Source: Amphiscolops sp. MND2022 (lineage: Eukaryota). From it: DNA of 64,000 nt. Each line of letters begins with the position of its first letter. The first letter of the stretch is position 1. The stretch is from assembly GCA_964187785.1 (NCBI GenBank), contig OZ076409.1, positions 93,746,001 through 93,810,000 on the forward strand, read 5' to 3'. The position numbers and the translations under genes are program-made. Below, piece by piece: positions 1 through 11,237 of this stretch. Below the pieces are notes generated by a model. The model saw only the letters and a program-made list of their open reading frames with translations, was not told where the DNA came from and did not search any database.

Positions 1-11
1 AGCAGAAGAAT

Positions 12-451
12 CGGTACTCCTGAACAAGTGTGGTCGCTAAAAAATTTATGCAGCCGGCCTGAAAACTGACTAAGTGTGGTCGCTAGCAAATTTAAAAGAG
101 CCAACGTAAAGCAAATTATTACATGTAGTTGAAAACAGCAGAATTCAGATTACTTGCTTTTAGTGCTGTTACAGCCAATATGTACGGAAATCGGTTTGAA
201 GAGGTTAGCATGTTTCTTGTATGGCTCGGTCGTTTCGCTCCGTTCGCTAAGTAGCAACATTGAGGCATAGCCATATAGCACGTCGCTCCGCTTCGCTTCG
301 CTCCTGCATTTAGGACACTACGGGTATGTGAACATAGCTGACTACGTTATAATAATCATTCAGACAAAATATGCAGGGACCACACTTATTATATAGGGAC
401 CATGCATAGTAAGGAGAAATCGCCTGGGACCGCACTTAGTCAGGAGGACCG
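12..451. mobile_element. Non-autonomous TIR element (MITE); shorter inverted copy at 41940-42155
   Basis: Termini CGGTACTCCTGAACAAGTGTGGTC ... GGGACCGCACTTAGTCAGGAGGACCG are imperfect inverted repeats; the interior (gaagaggttagcat, ctcctgcatttagg, gtgaacatagctgac) recurs reverse-complemented at 41990-42130. Confidence 0.75.
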
Positions 452-1302
452 CAGAATCTTGATACAACCTCAGCGTGCAACCTCAACTGAAAAGAAGATA
501 TAATAAAAAGGTAAACGAAATTTAAAACAATGTTTTTCTGCAGCTGTTGATACAAAAGTTTAACATGATAGACCGGTAAAATTCCACTGGATGAACGTAA
601 ATTGATCAAAAAGGTAGCCAGAACTAAATACACAAAGCTCAATATAGATAATCAAATGGACATGAATGTCGAACCAGCTGGTATAGTGTAGGCTTCGTAT
701 ACGATGTTAATTTTCACTCGCGGTGATGTGGAAACACATGGCATAAGTGTGCGAGAATATCTGATAAGACTAGATGAAGCAGTTGTGAGCCTGGAATCTG
801 AAATTGAAAATGTGCCCAACGAAGTATTGAGTGGGAGGGCTATCAACAATCAACAATCAACAAATCAACAATCTAACACATAAAGCCCTAAAAAAGCGAA
901 GAAACCCACAAGTGAAAAGACATATGCCAGATTCTACTCCCGAGAACCCAAAAGATAAACGTTTCGAAATTGCTGCAACGCCAACGAAGAATGACAAATC
1001 AATGGAACCTGAAATAAATTGAGCGTTGCACTTTTTTCTTATGCCGGTATTCTAATCTCTAATTGCTTTGAAAAATATTTCGAAAAAGACACAAATCAGT
1101 AATAGGAAAAAGTAAAAGTTATTATAATTTTGTTTGTCATTTGCACTGCAGTATTTTCTGGAGTTCTGCGCTTGGAGCTTTTTTGGCTTTGATTTCTTTT
1201 GCCCTACTAATACCAAATATTATTGAGTGTAACGCTCAATTATCCGGTATAAAACAACTGATAACCAACTTGATATTTACTTTAGTTTTGTAATATCGTT
1301 TT

Positions 1303-4230
1303 ATGTTGAATCTGGAGAACCAAAATAAGGAGCAACAAATAACTAATGCTAAGACGCCCGAACATCCGTCTTTTAACAAAATTGACGAATCAGAAAAATG
1401 CAAAACAAAAACATTCACCGTTTTAGGTCTTAAAATTAGATCTCTCGATTATCATATAAATGAACTTCGTGTCCTTCTAGAAATCATGGACAAAAAACCT
1501 GAAGTACTGGCACTTACTGAAACCTGGATGACGGATGATCACTCACTAGTTGACTTGGACATAGTTGGTTATCAACCAATTGAATTCAAAGCACGACCAA
1601 ATGCTAAGAGACGATCCGGTGGTATAGCTTTTTACGTGAAAGATGGATTATCATTTCAAGTTGTGTCCTTCAAAACTGATATAGAATGTTTAATTATCAA
1701 GATAACTAGCGATAACAAAACATTGTACAATATATGTTCGATATATCGACCAGAGACTATTAAAATCAACAACTTCATTGGTTATCTAGAGACTTAATTG
1801 TATTTTCTGAAGGGTTTGCCTGGAGAAACATTGCTTTTCGGTGACTTTAATATCGACACATTAAAAGATGATCTGGATAGGAAGAAGTATGTGGCTCTCT
1901 TGGAAGCGTATGGTTTTGAGATACAAAATAAATTACCGCCAAGGGTCACGCCCACTTCTAAGAGTTGCATCGATCACATGATAACCCAAATTGTAGTTTG
2001 CACTGAAACTCTTCCGACCACCATTAGTGATCATTTTACTGTTTTGCTGCATTTTACCAAGGAACATTCCTTCGATAGAAAAACAGTCGCGAACCCGATT
2101 ATGACTAGAAACACAAAAAATCTGAAAGGACACAACACATTGAATTTTCTTTTCTTATTAGATCAAAAATTGAAGCAAATTGACAAAAAAACATCGGCTG
2201 AATATCATGTGGAATCCATTGTTGAGTCAGTCAGTGAATGTGTAGATAAATTTGCACCGCTGCGAGTCAGTTCTGGTAAAGAGCCATCCAATCAATGGAT
2301 TAATAATAAAATCAAAAATGCAATCACTAAACGTAATAAACTTTTCCAGATTTGGGTTGAAAAGCCAACAAAAAGTAATCATGATAATTATAAGTCATTT
2401 AGAAACAAAGTTTTTTTAATGATTCGTGAAGCTAAGAAACAAGATAACTTCAGAAAACTTGGCGTAAATCCAACTGCACGAGCAATTTATAGGACTTTAA
2501 AAACTCAGAAAAACAATGATCAGCAACCAAAGGAACTTCCTGATTTAGAAAAATTGAATGAATTTTTAGTAAATGTTGGGTCAGTTTTATCATCTAGGCT
2601 GCCACAAACAGCTTATTCTTCGGGGTCCACCAATTGTGACAAAACTTTGTTTATAGAACCCACTGGAGAGTTTGAAGTTGCAAGTATCATCAAAGCAATG
2701 AAAAACAAGAAAAGTTGTGGAATGAATGGGATCAGTAGTGAAATTTTGAAATGCTGCTCACCCATTATTGAACGTCATCTTGCACTTGCCTTCAATAAAT
2801 GCATAGATGAAGGTGTATTCCCAGACATTTTCAAAATTGCCAAAGTTGTACCATTGTTTAAGAAGGGGCATAAAAAAGATCCCGCAAATTATCGTCCAAT
2901 TAGCCTCCTAAGCTCTTTGAGTAAAGTGTTTGAGAAAATCTTACATAATCGAATGATACGATTTACTGAGAAAAACGACTTGATTTGTCCCATGCAATAT
3001 GGATTTAGAAACAACATGTCTTGTGTTGATGCTATCGCTGCAATAACAGAATTCGTTCGTACTGAAATAGATAAGAAAGCACAAGGCCAAGCTTGCTTTA
3101 TTGATTTGCAGAAAGCTTTTGATACGTTGGATCATCATATTTTATTGAAGAAGTTGGGAGATTATGGCTTTAGGGGGGAAATTTTCAAAATTTTGAGAGA
3201 TTATCTTTCAGACCGTTGGCAGTACATCAGTCATAATGGTGTTTGCACGGAAAAGCTTAAAATTGTGTCAGGCGTTCCCCAGGGTTCCGTCTTGGGTCCA
3301 TTTTTGTTTCTTTTGTATCTTAATGACATTCATTTGTGTATCGGAAATTGTACCATGGCCATGTTTGCAGATGATACAACAATTTTAAGTTCAAAGCGCA
3401 AAGGTTTGTGTTCAATTCAATCAGATATGGACAACTTATTGCAGTGGTTCTGTCAAAATAGACTCAGTATAAATAGAGACTAATGCGAAGCAGTTGCTTT
3501 CAGACGCGGTCATCCCAGTGAAATTTTGATTTTAGACAAAAAAATTCCTTATTCGAACGCGTGCAAGTATTTAGGTGTTTACGTGGACAAAACTTTGCGC
3601 TTCAGAGAACATATTGATTACGTCGATAAAAAACTCAATAAGTTCTGTGGCCTGATATATCGCGTACGTCATCTGTTTACACAAAAGTGTCTACTGATGT
3701 TTTATAACTCCTTTGCAAAGTCCAGAATTTGTTATGGATTACTAATATACGGCTCTGCTGCCAAAACAAACCTAACGAAAATTGAAAAAACCCAACGACG
3801 AAATTTACGAGCCATTTTTTTCAAGAAGAAGTTTGATTCCCTACATGATCTTCTTAGAACGAACAAAATTTTGACAGTTTTTGAACTTTTCGTTCTCGAG
3901 AACATCAAAGAGCTTTTCAGGCAGCTTAGGTCAGAAGCACCTAAATCGTTCATAGTGCTTGATGCCAACGACGTGGGAACATATACAACTCGATGGAATA
4001 TGAAAAAATTGATGCCGGCGCAATACAGTCGGACTGTTTTAAAAAGGAGATCCTTGGAAAATTTACTTCGCTTAACTTATAATTGGTTAATGGAAGCAGA
4101 GTTGATTCCAACATATTTGAGGAAACTATCAAGCCATCAAGTTAAAAAGCTCATCGCAAGTATAACCGCGAACTATGTAGTCGATAACAAGCATCTCTTT
4201 GCATATTACTTTGAAAAGGATTTATGCTAA
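1303..4230 (+). pseudogene. Non-LTR retrotransposon ORF2 (APE endonuclease + reverse transcriptase), CR1/L2 group, two in-frame stops
   Basis: ORFs 1303-1797, 1798-3483 and 3526-4230 share one frame, separated by TAA at 1795 and 3481; EN motifs ALTETW, GGIAFYV, GDFN, IDH, SDH; RT motifs NYRPISLL, QYGFR, DLQKAFD, GVPQGSVLGP, FADD, KYLGV; AATAAA at 4439. Confidence 0.92.
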
Positions 4231-4479
4231 TAATGAAGTTTTTTTTCGGTAGTAGTGCTTAACGTAAGCGCAGTTCCTAAGGGTGCTAATTGTTGTTAAA
4301 CATCATTCTGAAACAATTTTGAATTTGGTTCTTCAGGGCAGGAACTTTGACGAGCCAATAGGCTCTTTTCCTGTCCAGATTGGTTTCTATCATTTCATTT
4401 CATGTATTTTGTATTTTTTTGTGTAATGATCCCAATCGAATAAACTTTTCTTTCAAGAAGGACTGCAGATATTAAACAG

Positions 4480-5600
4480 CAAGGTTCAGAGTTTTACTGA
4501 AAGCATAGGACCAGCGGACTGAAAGCAATTGAAATTGATCTTTCGGGCTATAAATCAGTCAAAATCTTTTATCCCGAACTTGGCAAAAATTTGATTAGCG
4601 TTCAGAGATGTATTAACGAATAAAAGATGCTTTTGTGCTGAAACAACAATCGAATGAGCATTTGTACAGGTACGAGGAAATCGAAACAGAAATATTGAAC
4701 ATTCACTTCAGAAACAATCAGCCTTTATGAGAAACAGGCATATCATTGTTAAGAACTTTACTACAGCGTGAAGAAGGGAAACGTTGGAAACGTATTACTA
4801 ATAGTAGGGTTGGACTGTGTTCTTAATATGGGTATAAAAATAAAAAATGATTGATCGGTGGTTACTTTTCATAATATCATCGAAAATGTTGATACATTGG
4901 ACTGAAAGAAAGGATTCAGCAAGGGATTCCACGAAAGTCATACAGTGAAAGGAACTGAAGTAATACAAAGTCTGGAGCAAAACTATTTCAACAAAACTTA
5001 GACCGATAGCGATCCATCTACATCATATAGGAAAAGAAATGCATCGGTCGATCAAACAAGGAAATATAGAAATGGCAGACCACGTGGGCAAAATTGGGCC
5101 AGTCAGAGGGGCGCTGAGAACTGTTAAATTGAAAACTGGTGCCCAAAATAGCAATGGACTCAGGAAAGTTGAATGTAGTAACCGCTAAAAGGCGCGAATG
5201 TCTAATAGGAAAAGAGCAGTCCCGGATTACAGTACGGATTGCAAGCGGCCCAGAAGAGATATGGCACGCCAAGTTTGACCTAGATCATGCTCACAGACAG
5301 CTTAAACAATCAAACTAAACTAGAGACATAAGTTTAGAATCTTTGCTTTAACTGAAGGGAACGTCATTAGTTAATATCGCTTTGTGAAAAGAGGTTTTCT
5401 GAATTGTCCTGCTGAAGTCCTAAATATTTTCCGAGAAAAACTAGATAGTACCCTAGAAAAAACCCATTGTGTCCAAACGATAATACTGTTGTCGATACAT
5501 GCAGCAGACAAATACAACACGAGAATGAATTATTCTAACAACAAAAATGCTAGATGACGGAGGAAAGTCAGTGAAACATTTGAAAAAAAAACGAAGAACA
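4480..5600 (+). mobile_element. Heavily decayed Gypsy pol (RT) relic
   Basis: 5240-5460 reads ASGPEEIWHAKFDLDHA..., followed by aatattttccgagaaaaactagatagtacc, resembling the RT segment of the relic at 63700-63930; many stops and frameshifts; boundaries approximate. Confidence 0.45.
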
Positions 5601-6021
5601 GCCGAAGAAAAAATTGTACAATTTTTCTGTCGAAATTAGGAGATGACCGCATTATTGGAGCAAATTCTTGACAATATCGCAATACGGGACGTCTCTGTAG
5701 GATCTGTGTTTTCTATACGGGTTTCTTAAACAGTAGTTTGAATTCCATTGTGATTCCTTAAAGTCAAAATCCTCAAAAAGATATTGATGGGTTGTTTGAA
5801 CTAATCGAACACTGCGCTGGGCTTCTTGGTCAAATAGAGTCGTCGCATGAAAGCTTTTCAAAACTACCAGGTACTCAAAAATCCTTTATAGATCTTCATC
5901 ACTCATAAAGTCCATTACGACCCTTCGCAGTTTTCAGCTTGAAACTCATACTAGAGACAATTAATTCAACAATTCGACATCATTCCACAAAAGTGTATAT
6001 AAATTGTATTTATAGGTGCAG

Positions 6022-6182
6022 TTATAGCATGAAAGGCAGGTCCTGGTTCTTCTCCCCCACCCCCACGTAGACATAGCCGTACTTGGGCTGATTAGCCACG
6101 TTGTAGGCAACCAGTCCCGGCCACCAGAGAGACCTCAGGGTGACCAGATTGTTTGAATGTTCAGCCTGGATGCTCCAGCAGC
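6022..6182 (-). CDS. RSPH9: RSPH9 coding exon 5 (last): GCWSIQAEHSNNLVTLRSLWWPGLVAYNVANQPKYGYVYVGVGEKNQDLPFML*
   Basis: Acceptor tttcAG, phase 1; the C-terminus RSLxWPG...YGYVYVGxGEKNxDLPFML is characteristic of RSPH9; stop TAA at 6022-6024. Confidence 0.95.
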
Positions 6183-6185
6183 CTG

Positions 6186-6325
6186 AAACACATGTAAAAA
6201 TTTGTTAAAAACATGTAAGATTCTGTAAGAACTTGTAAAAAACATGTAAGATTCTGTAAAAACTTGTGAAAACATGTAAGATGCTGTAAGAAATTGTAAA
6301 CAACTTGCAACATGTAAGAACATAC
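6186..6325. repeat. ~30-bp tandem array (aaacatgtaagattctgtaagaacttgtaa), about 4-5 units
   Basis: acatgtaaga recurs at ~30-bp spacing. Confidence 0.85.
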
Positions 6326-6441
6326 AGGATAATTTGCAAACCTTGAAGGAGCATCGTTGATTCTTAACACAAGTTCCTATAATATGTTAATACGTTTCAA
6401 TGGTGTATCTCTTACTTGAATTGATTGAAAAGGTGTTGCTT

Positions 6442-7213
6442 CACGTACTGAGACTCCATTCAATCCCATCGATGGGCATCGATGGCCATTGCAACTTTTT
6501 CCGATGGGCATCGATGGAATTTGAATTATCGCCCAGCGCATGGGGGCACTTGTGGAGCATTTTAGGGTTATATATATATATATATATATATCTAATTTTA
6601 ACCTACTCTCATTTCCTTTTGAACCTGGGTAAGCTTTCTCGAGCCTGAAAATCACTTATTTCGGAGCCTTGCCCTTGATTTGTTTGAAAAAAAACCTGGC
6701 AAAAATGCAATTATTCGCATGAAAATGCGAGGGAATCGAGCTCCCATTGCTGAGAAAACCATCTGCTTGTATGAAGAAAAAATATCTGAAATATGCAGAA
6801 ATTTGACTCTTAAAATACGTTTTTGTATTAAAAAATTTGGTGTTTTATCCTTGGAAAATCAACAGAATCCGGTTTTTTCACAAAGATAAATAATATGGAT
6901 AACTATGTATAACTTCATTTCCAAATAAAATATTTGGACATCCTCGAAATCCCAAAAAAAGCTTAAATAGACTGAAAAACTTGAATGGAGAGAGCTTTGT
7001 TGAAATTTTGAACATAGCTTAGTCGAACGAATTTTTGTGATCGAAAATTTCGATTCCCATCGATGGCTCATCGATGTTTCATCGATGACCCATCGATGGG
7101 ATAATCGTTAGAAAAACCTCATCGATGCCCATCGATGGACCATTGATGGCCATCGATGGGCCCCATGGGACTGCGATGGCCATCGACGAACTACGATGGG
7201 ATCTCAGTACGGG
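6442..7213. mobile_element. EnSpm/CACTA-like MITE with CCATCGATGG subterminal palindromes; contains (TA)n at ~6569-6591
   Basis: TIR CACGTACTGAGA...TCTCAGTACGGG flanked by TT/TT; catcgatg clusters at both ends; inverted homolog at 27348-28065. Confidence 0.8.
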
Positions 7214-7640
7214 TTCTGAGAGAAAAATAATCGAAGTGACTTTGGGTTCCTTTTGTTGAAACCGCCAATTAGTTGAAAACAGGAACTTTTGTAGATTGCA
7301 AATACGATTATCGTAAAGTATTAATTTTTAATTATAATTATTATATTTATTTATAATAATATTAAAAACCCCCAGAAGTTGTTATTAGGCCTACTTGTGA
7401 TGTGAAGACAAGACTTATAAAATATATGATTTTTATTGAGCCTAAAAACTGCTATATTACGCTTGAAAAAACTTTTAATCTACCTTTTCTGAGAAAGAGT
7501 CTTCGATTTCGCACGTTTATGAAATCTTTTCAATTTTGTATGTTTTAATGAAATTGCATGTAGCCTGGCTGCAACTATCAGAACTGCATTACTTAGCATC
7601 TTAAGATAATAGGTGTCATGGGGGCTATTGAGATAGTTAC

Positions 7641-7787
7641 CCTTGGGAATGTCTTCCTCGATGGGCGGGAGAAAATCTATAGCCTTATCGTGGTTGGCTT
7701 TGGCTAGCAGAGTTCGCTCGTGCAGATTTTCGGGCGGGAAAAAGTGGAAATAGGATCCCAGTTTGGATGCATCTGTCAATTCATGAC
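7641..7787 (-). CDS. RSPH9: RSPH9 coding exon 4: GHELTDASKLGSYFHFFPPENLHERTLLAKANHDKAIDFLPPIEEDIPKG
   Basis: tttcAG acceptor, GTaact donor, 147 nt, phase 1-1; matches the RSPH9 SYFHF...DF...DIPKG region. Confidence 0.95.
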
Positions 7788-7811
7788 CTGAAACACATGG
7801 AAATAGTAAAA

Positions 7812-7980
7812 AAAGCACCAGTCCGGGTTCGAACCCACCACCTACTGGCTGGGAAAGCAATAAGTGAAGTGCACTTCACTCGATGGAGTGGAGATAAAGT
7901 GGAGTTTTGGCAGAATTTGTAAAAAAAACGCGTCACAGATCATGATTTTCCTCCCTCATTTATGTGGGCGGAAAATAATA
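7812..7980 (-). mobile_element. Partial copy of HINE-like family 2 (tRNA-derived cargo)
   Basis: Near-identical to 35113-35277 (gcaccag.ccgggttcgaacc ... tatgtgggcggaaaata). Confidence 0.7.
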
Positions 7981-8151
7981 ATAATAATGACAAAACCCTG
8001 ACAATTGTCAACAAACTGCCAGAGGCGCAAGAGACAAACTTTAAACTTAACTTAGTGTCGAGTGAAACGCTCAGAAATTAATATAAAAGTTTTCTTCAAT
8101 TCTGTCATACTGCATATCAACTGTTTCAATCTGTGTTCTGACGAAAACAAA

Positions 8152-8548
8152 ACAAGACGAGAACGTCTCAAGTCGACGCACCGCTGAAGGCTCTAAAAAG
8201 TCACCAGAAAAAGAAATTCTTAAAAATCTTCACCCGAAAATATCATCTGGTGTAAAAGGCTTTTTTGGTCCAAACTGTCGAAATAATAGTCGGGCACTTT
8301 TCTCAAGAAACGCGCCGATTAAAAAACAAAGGGGGACTTTTTGGGCAAATTGAAATTCACAAAAACGTCGCATAGTGCCGAAAAGTGTTTCTGAGACCAT
8401 TTGATTTTTTAGTCACTAAAAAATCAAATGGTCTAAGAAACATTTTTTGACACTATGCGACTTTTTGTGACGACGGTATGAAATTTTTGACCAAGTTGAA
8501 CAAATGGAAACAAACTAATGTTATCAAACATGCCATGCCGACTAAAAA
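8152..8548 (-). mobile_element. Diverged DINE-1/HINE-like family 1 copy containing a 114-bp palindrome
   Basis: acaagacgagaacgtctcaagtcgacgc at one end, gccgactaaaaa at the other. Confidence 0.65.
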
Positions 8549-8797
8549 TAATTGACACTACCGACCAATCAGATTAGCGCAAACTTCATATGCCATTTTC
8601 GCTGCCGGTGCTTATGCGGATATTCTGTTTGCGCTTTCGCTCACATGCGACCTATCTCACTGGTCGAGACTCACTGAAAGCAATGGATCGAAACAATGAT
8701 CACGCGCGAATTAGAATCAATTCAAAAAGCATACAATTGAATGCATTCATTTTTCAGACAGTCTAGATTTTCCCATTTCAGACTTTACATCTAAAAC

Positions 8798-9729
8798 CAT
8801 TACAGTGCACAGGCAAGCTATTTTGCTGCTTTTCGTGGAATCCGGGACACGAAAAATGAGAAAAGTCGTGGAATCCAGGACAAAAATTCCCTTGATGATC
8901 CCAAAATGATCATTATTAGAAAGGCAAAAGAACTTGAATTGAATCAATTTTATACCATTGGAAATTGTTTTGATTGACACGAAAAATCCCAAAGTACGAA
9001 TAGAGATACTCATGACTGGTACCAAAATTGCAGCATGTCATCAAATAATGGCAGATTGTGATGATCTGGCAGTTTGTTCAAAACTGGTACTGAACTGGAA
9101 TATCATATCTTTGTTTAATATAATATTCATTTCGCATGATCATTATTAGAAAGGCAAAAGAACTTGAATTAAATCAATTTTATACCAATGGAAATTGTTT
9201 TGATTGACACGAAAAACCCCAAAGTACGAATAGAGATACTCATGACTGGTACCAAACTTGCAGCATGTCATCAAAAAATGGCAGATTGTGATGATCTGAC
9301 CGTTTGTTCAAAACTGGTACTAAATTGAAAAATACGAATATTTGTGTAATACTGGTGTGTTAGTCTGAATCATTTTGAACTAATATACGAAAAGTAGTGC
9401 ATAATATTATGCTTGTTCAGTCTTCCAGTTAAAATTAATTCAAGAAGAGATGCCGCGTATCGCGTCAAGCATAAATCGTGGAATCCAGGAAATTTATGAT
9501 TTCTGCAATCTGATTGGTTCGTTTTTGTGAAATCCGGGACACAGCGGCATGTCGACAGTGCGCACAGCTAAGCATTTGTTACTGGAATCCACGACGAAAT
9601 CTGTGGAATCCGGGACTTATGACGTAATTTGCCAATTTTGCACGGTTAAAGGTATGGTCGTGGAATCCGAGGTATTGAAAGCACAAAGTTGCGCTTTGAG
9701 CAAATTAAGCTTGCCTGTGCACTCTAATG
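8798..9729. mobile_element. CACTA/EnSpm-like MITE (CATTA...TAATG termini, GTGGAATCCGG subterminal repeats) with an internal ~230-bp tandem duplication
   Basis: TIR CATTACAGTGCACAGGCAAGC / GCTTGCCTGTGCACTCTAATG; 2-bp flanks AC/AC; ~8906-9106 repeated at ~9136-9325; short copy at 29775-29988. Confidence 0.8.
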
Positions 9730-9876
9730 ACCTGCGACAAGGTAAGTATCTGATTTGTCAAAAAACGTTTTTTTACGAAAACTCTGCACGAGAAAAAATA
9801 CTCTAGGTAGTGTCAGCAAATGCGTTTTTAATAAACTTCAGCGAGTATGAAATAGTTTTCGGACATATTTATTTTA

Positions 9877-10688
9877 CCCAGGTTCTCAATCTTTGCGAAT
9901 CTGTGCAGATCTGCAGGATTTTTTCTGCAAAGATCGTTGCACTGAATCTCGAAGATCCATACAGATTTGCAGAATCTTTACAGAAGTGTGCAGATTTTTT
10001 TAAAGATTTCTGCAGAAATATGTTTTTCTGCAGCTTCCTAGGGATCAATATGCTGCATTTTTGGACATCTTTAATTATTTTATCAACTGTTTTAGCTGAC
10101 CAAGGCTCGGTCAGTTGACACTCTCGATCACTCAAAATTCAAGAGAAAGAAAACTTGTCCCCATCGCGGTTATTTTGGCGACTGGAATATGCGCCGTAGT
10201 GGTTATACACCGTAATTTATCCAATTCACTTGAACTCCAATTCCAAAAGTAGTTGTTGAACTTTGAGAGGCTTGTTTGCCATATTGACTTCGTTTAGACA
10301 TATGAAATTTGACATGTGGCAACATTCTGGGTTTGTAGATGCGGTAATAAAGTGTTGTTGTTGTAATATTTTGGGAACATGGTTTGTTGGAGTAATTTCA
10401 GTAATTCCTGGTAACTCGAAACATAGTAATTTATTGGTCATTGTTTGGATCTCTAAAGATCAGTAATCTGTACAGATCTGTACAGCTTGCTAGCGAAAAA
10501 TGTTTCATCATTTTGACATAAATGAGATTTCTCTCGAGTTTTAAACATTTTTATTATTCGTTTGACCTTGCTGTGGGGTTTTTATTGTGTTTCTAAGTAG
10601 GTCACGTTTCTTCGAATCTGCACATATCTGCAAAGATCTGCAAAAATCCTGCAGATCTGCACAGATTCGCAAAGATCGAAAACCTGGG
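9877..10688. mobile_element. EnSpm-like MITE with GCAGATCTGC subterminal palindromes
   Basis: ~45-bp TIR CCCAGGTTCTCAATCTTTGCGAATCTGTGCAGATCTGCAGG... mirrored at 10645-10688; TA/TA flanks. Confidence 0.85.
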
Positions 10689-11107
10689 TAGTTACGTATC
10701 TTGTAACTCTTGACGAAAAATACCGCTGTGCTACCGTGCCTCTTGTAACAACTAGATTCAACTCTTCTGGGCAACAGATTTGAAGTTAGTTTCCGTTAGT
10801 CAAATTAAACTTTGTTCAGTCAATACAGTTTTTTTTATGTTGTCCTAATGCTATAGAAAATCCACCGAATAGATTTGAAAACATAATTTGCTGGTCCACG
10901 GCGTGTTCTTTTTACAATTCCAATGAAATTGAACGAATTTTTAGTTTTCCAAACTTCACCTTTTCCGGTTTTTAGGGTAATTTTGGGGCTATTTCTGTAA
11001 GATTAAGCCTTTTATTTTTACAAAAAATTTTAGACTGCTTTTTAAACATCCCTGCATGTAATCGGTCAATGGAAAGTGTGAAATAGTTGACTAAATAGGA
11101 CATTAAC

Positions 11108-11237
11108 CTTTGTAGTTGTCATTCAAAGAAACATTTCCGTCGGGCGTGAGTTTGTAAGCGCCCCTCGGTACAATAGCTGCTTCACAGTCAATCATCTGAA
11201 TGACACATGCTAGTCTTTCTTCCTCTTTGATTTGAAT
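11108..11237 (-). CDS. RSPH9: RSPH9 coding exon 3: IQIKEEERLACVIQMIDCEAAIVPRGAYKLTPDGNVSLNDNYK
   Basis: tttcAG acceptor, GTtaat donor, 130 nt, phase 0-1; IKEE.RL...ID..AIVPRGA motif. Confidence 0.95.

Noticed and set aside
1795..3483. Stop-codon reassignment or readthrough in the LINE
   Set aside because: RSPH9 and the intact Gypsy ORF both end in TAA at the expected positions; point mutation is simpler
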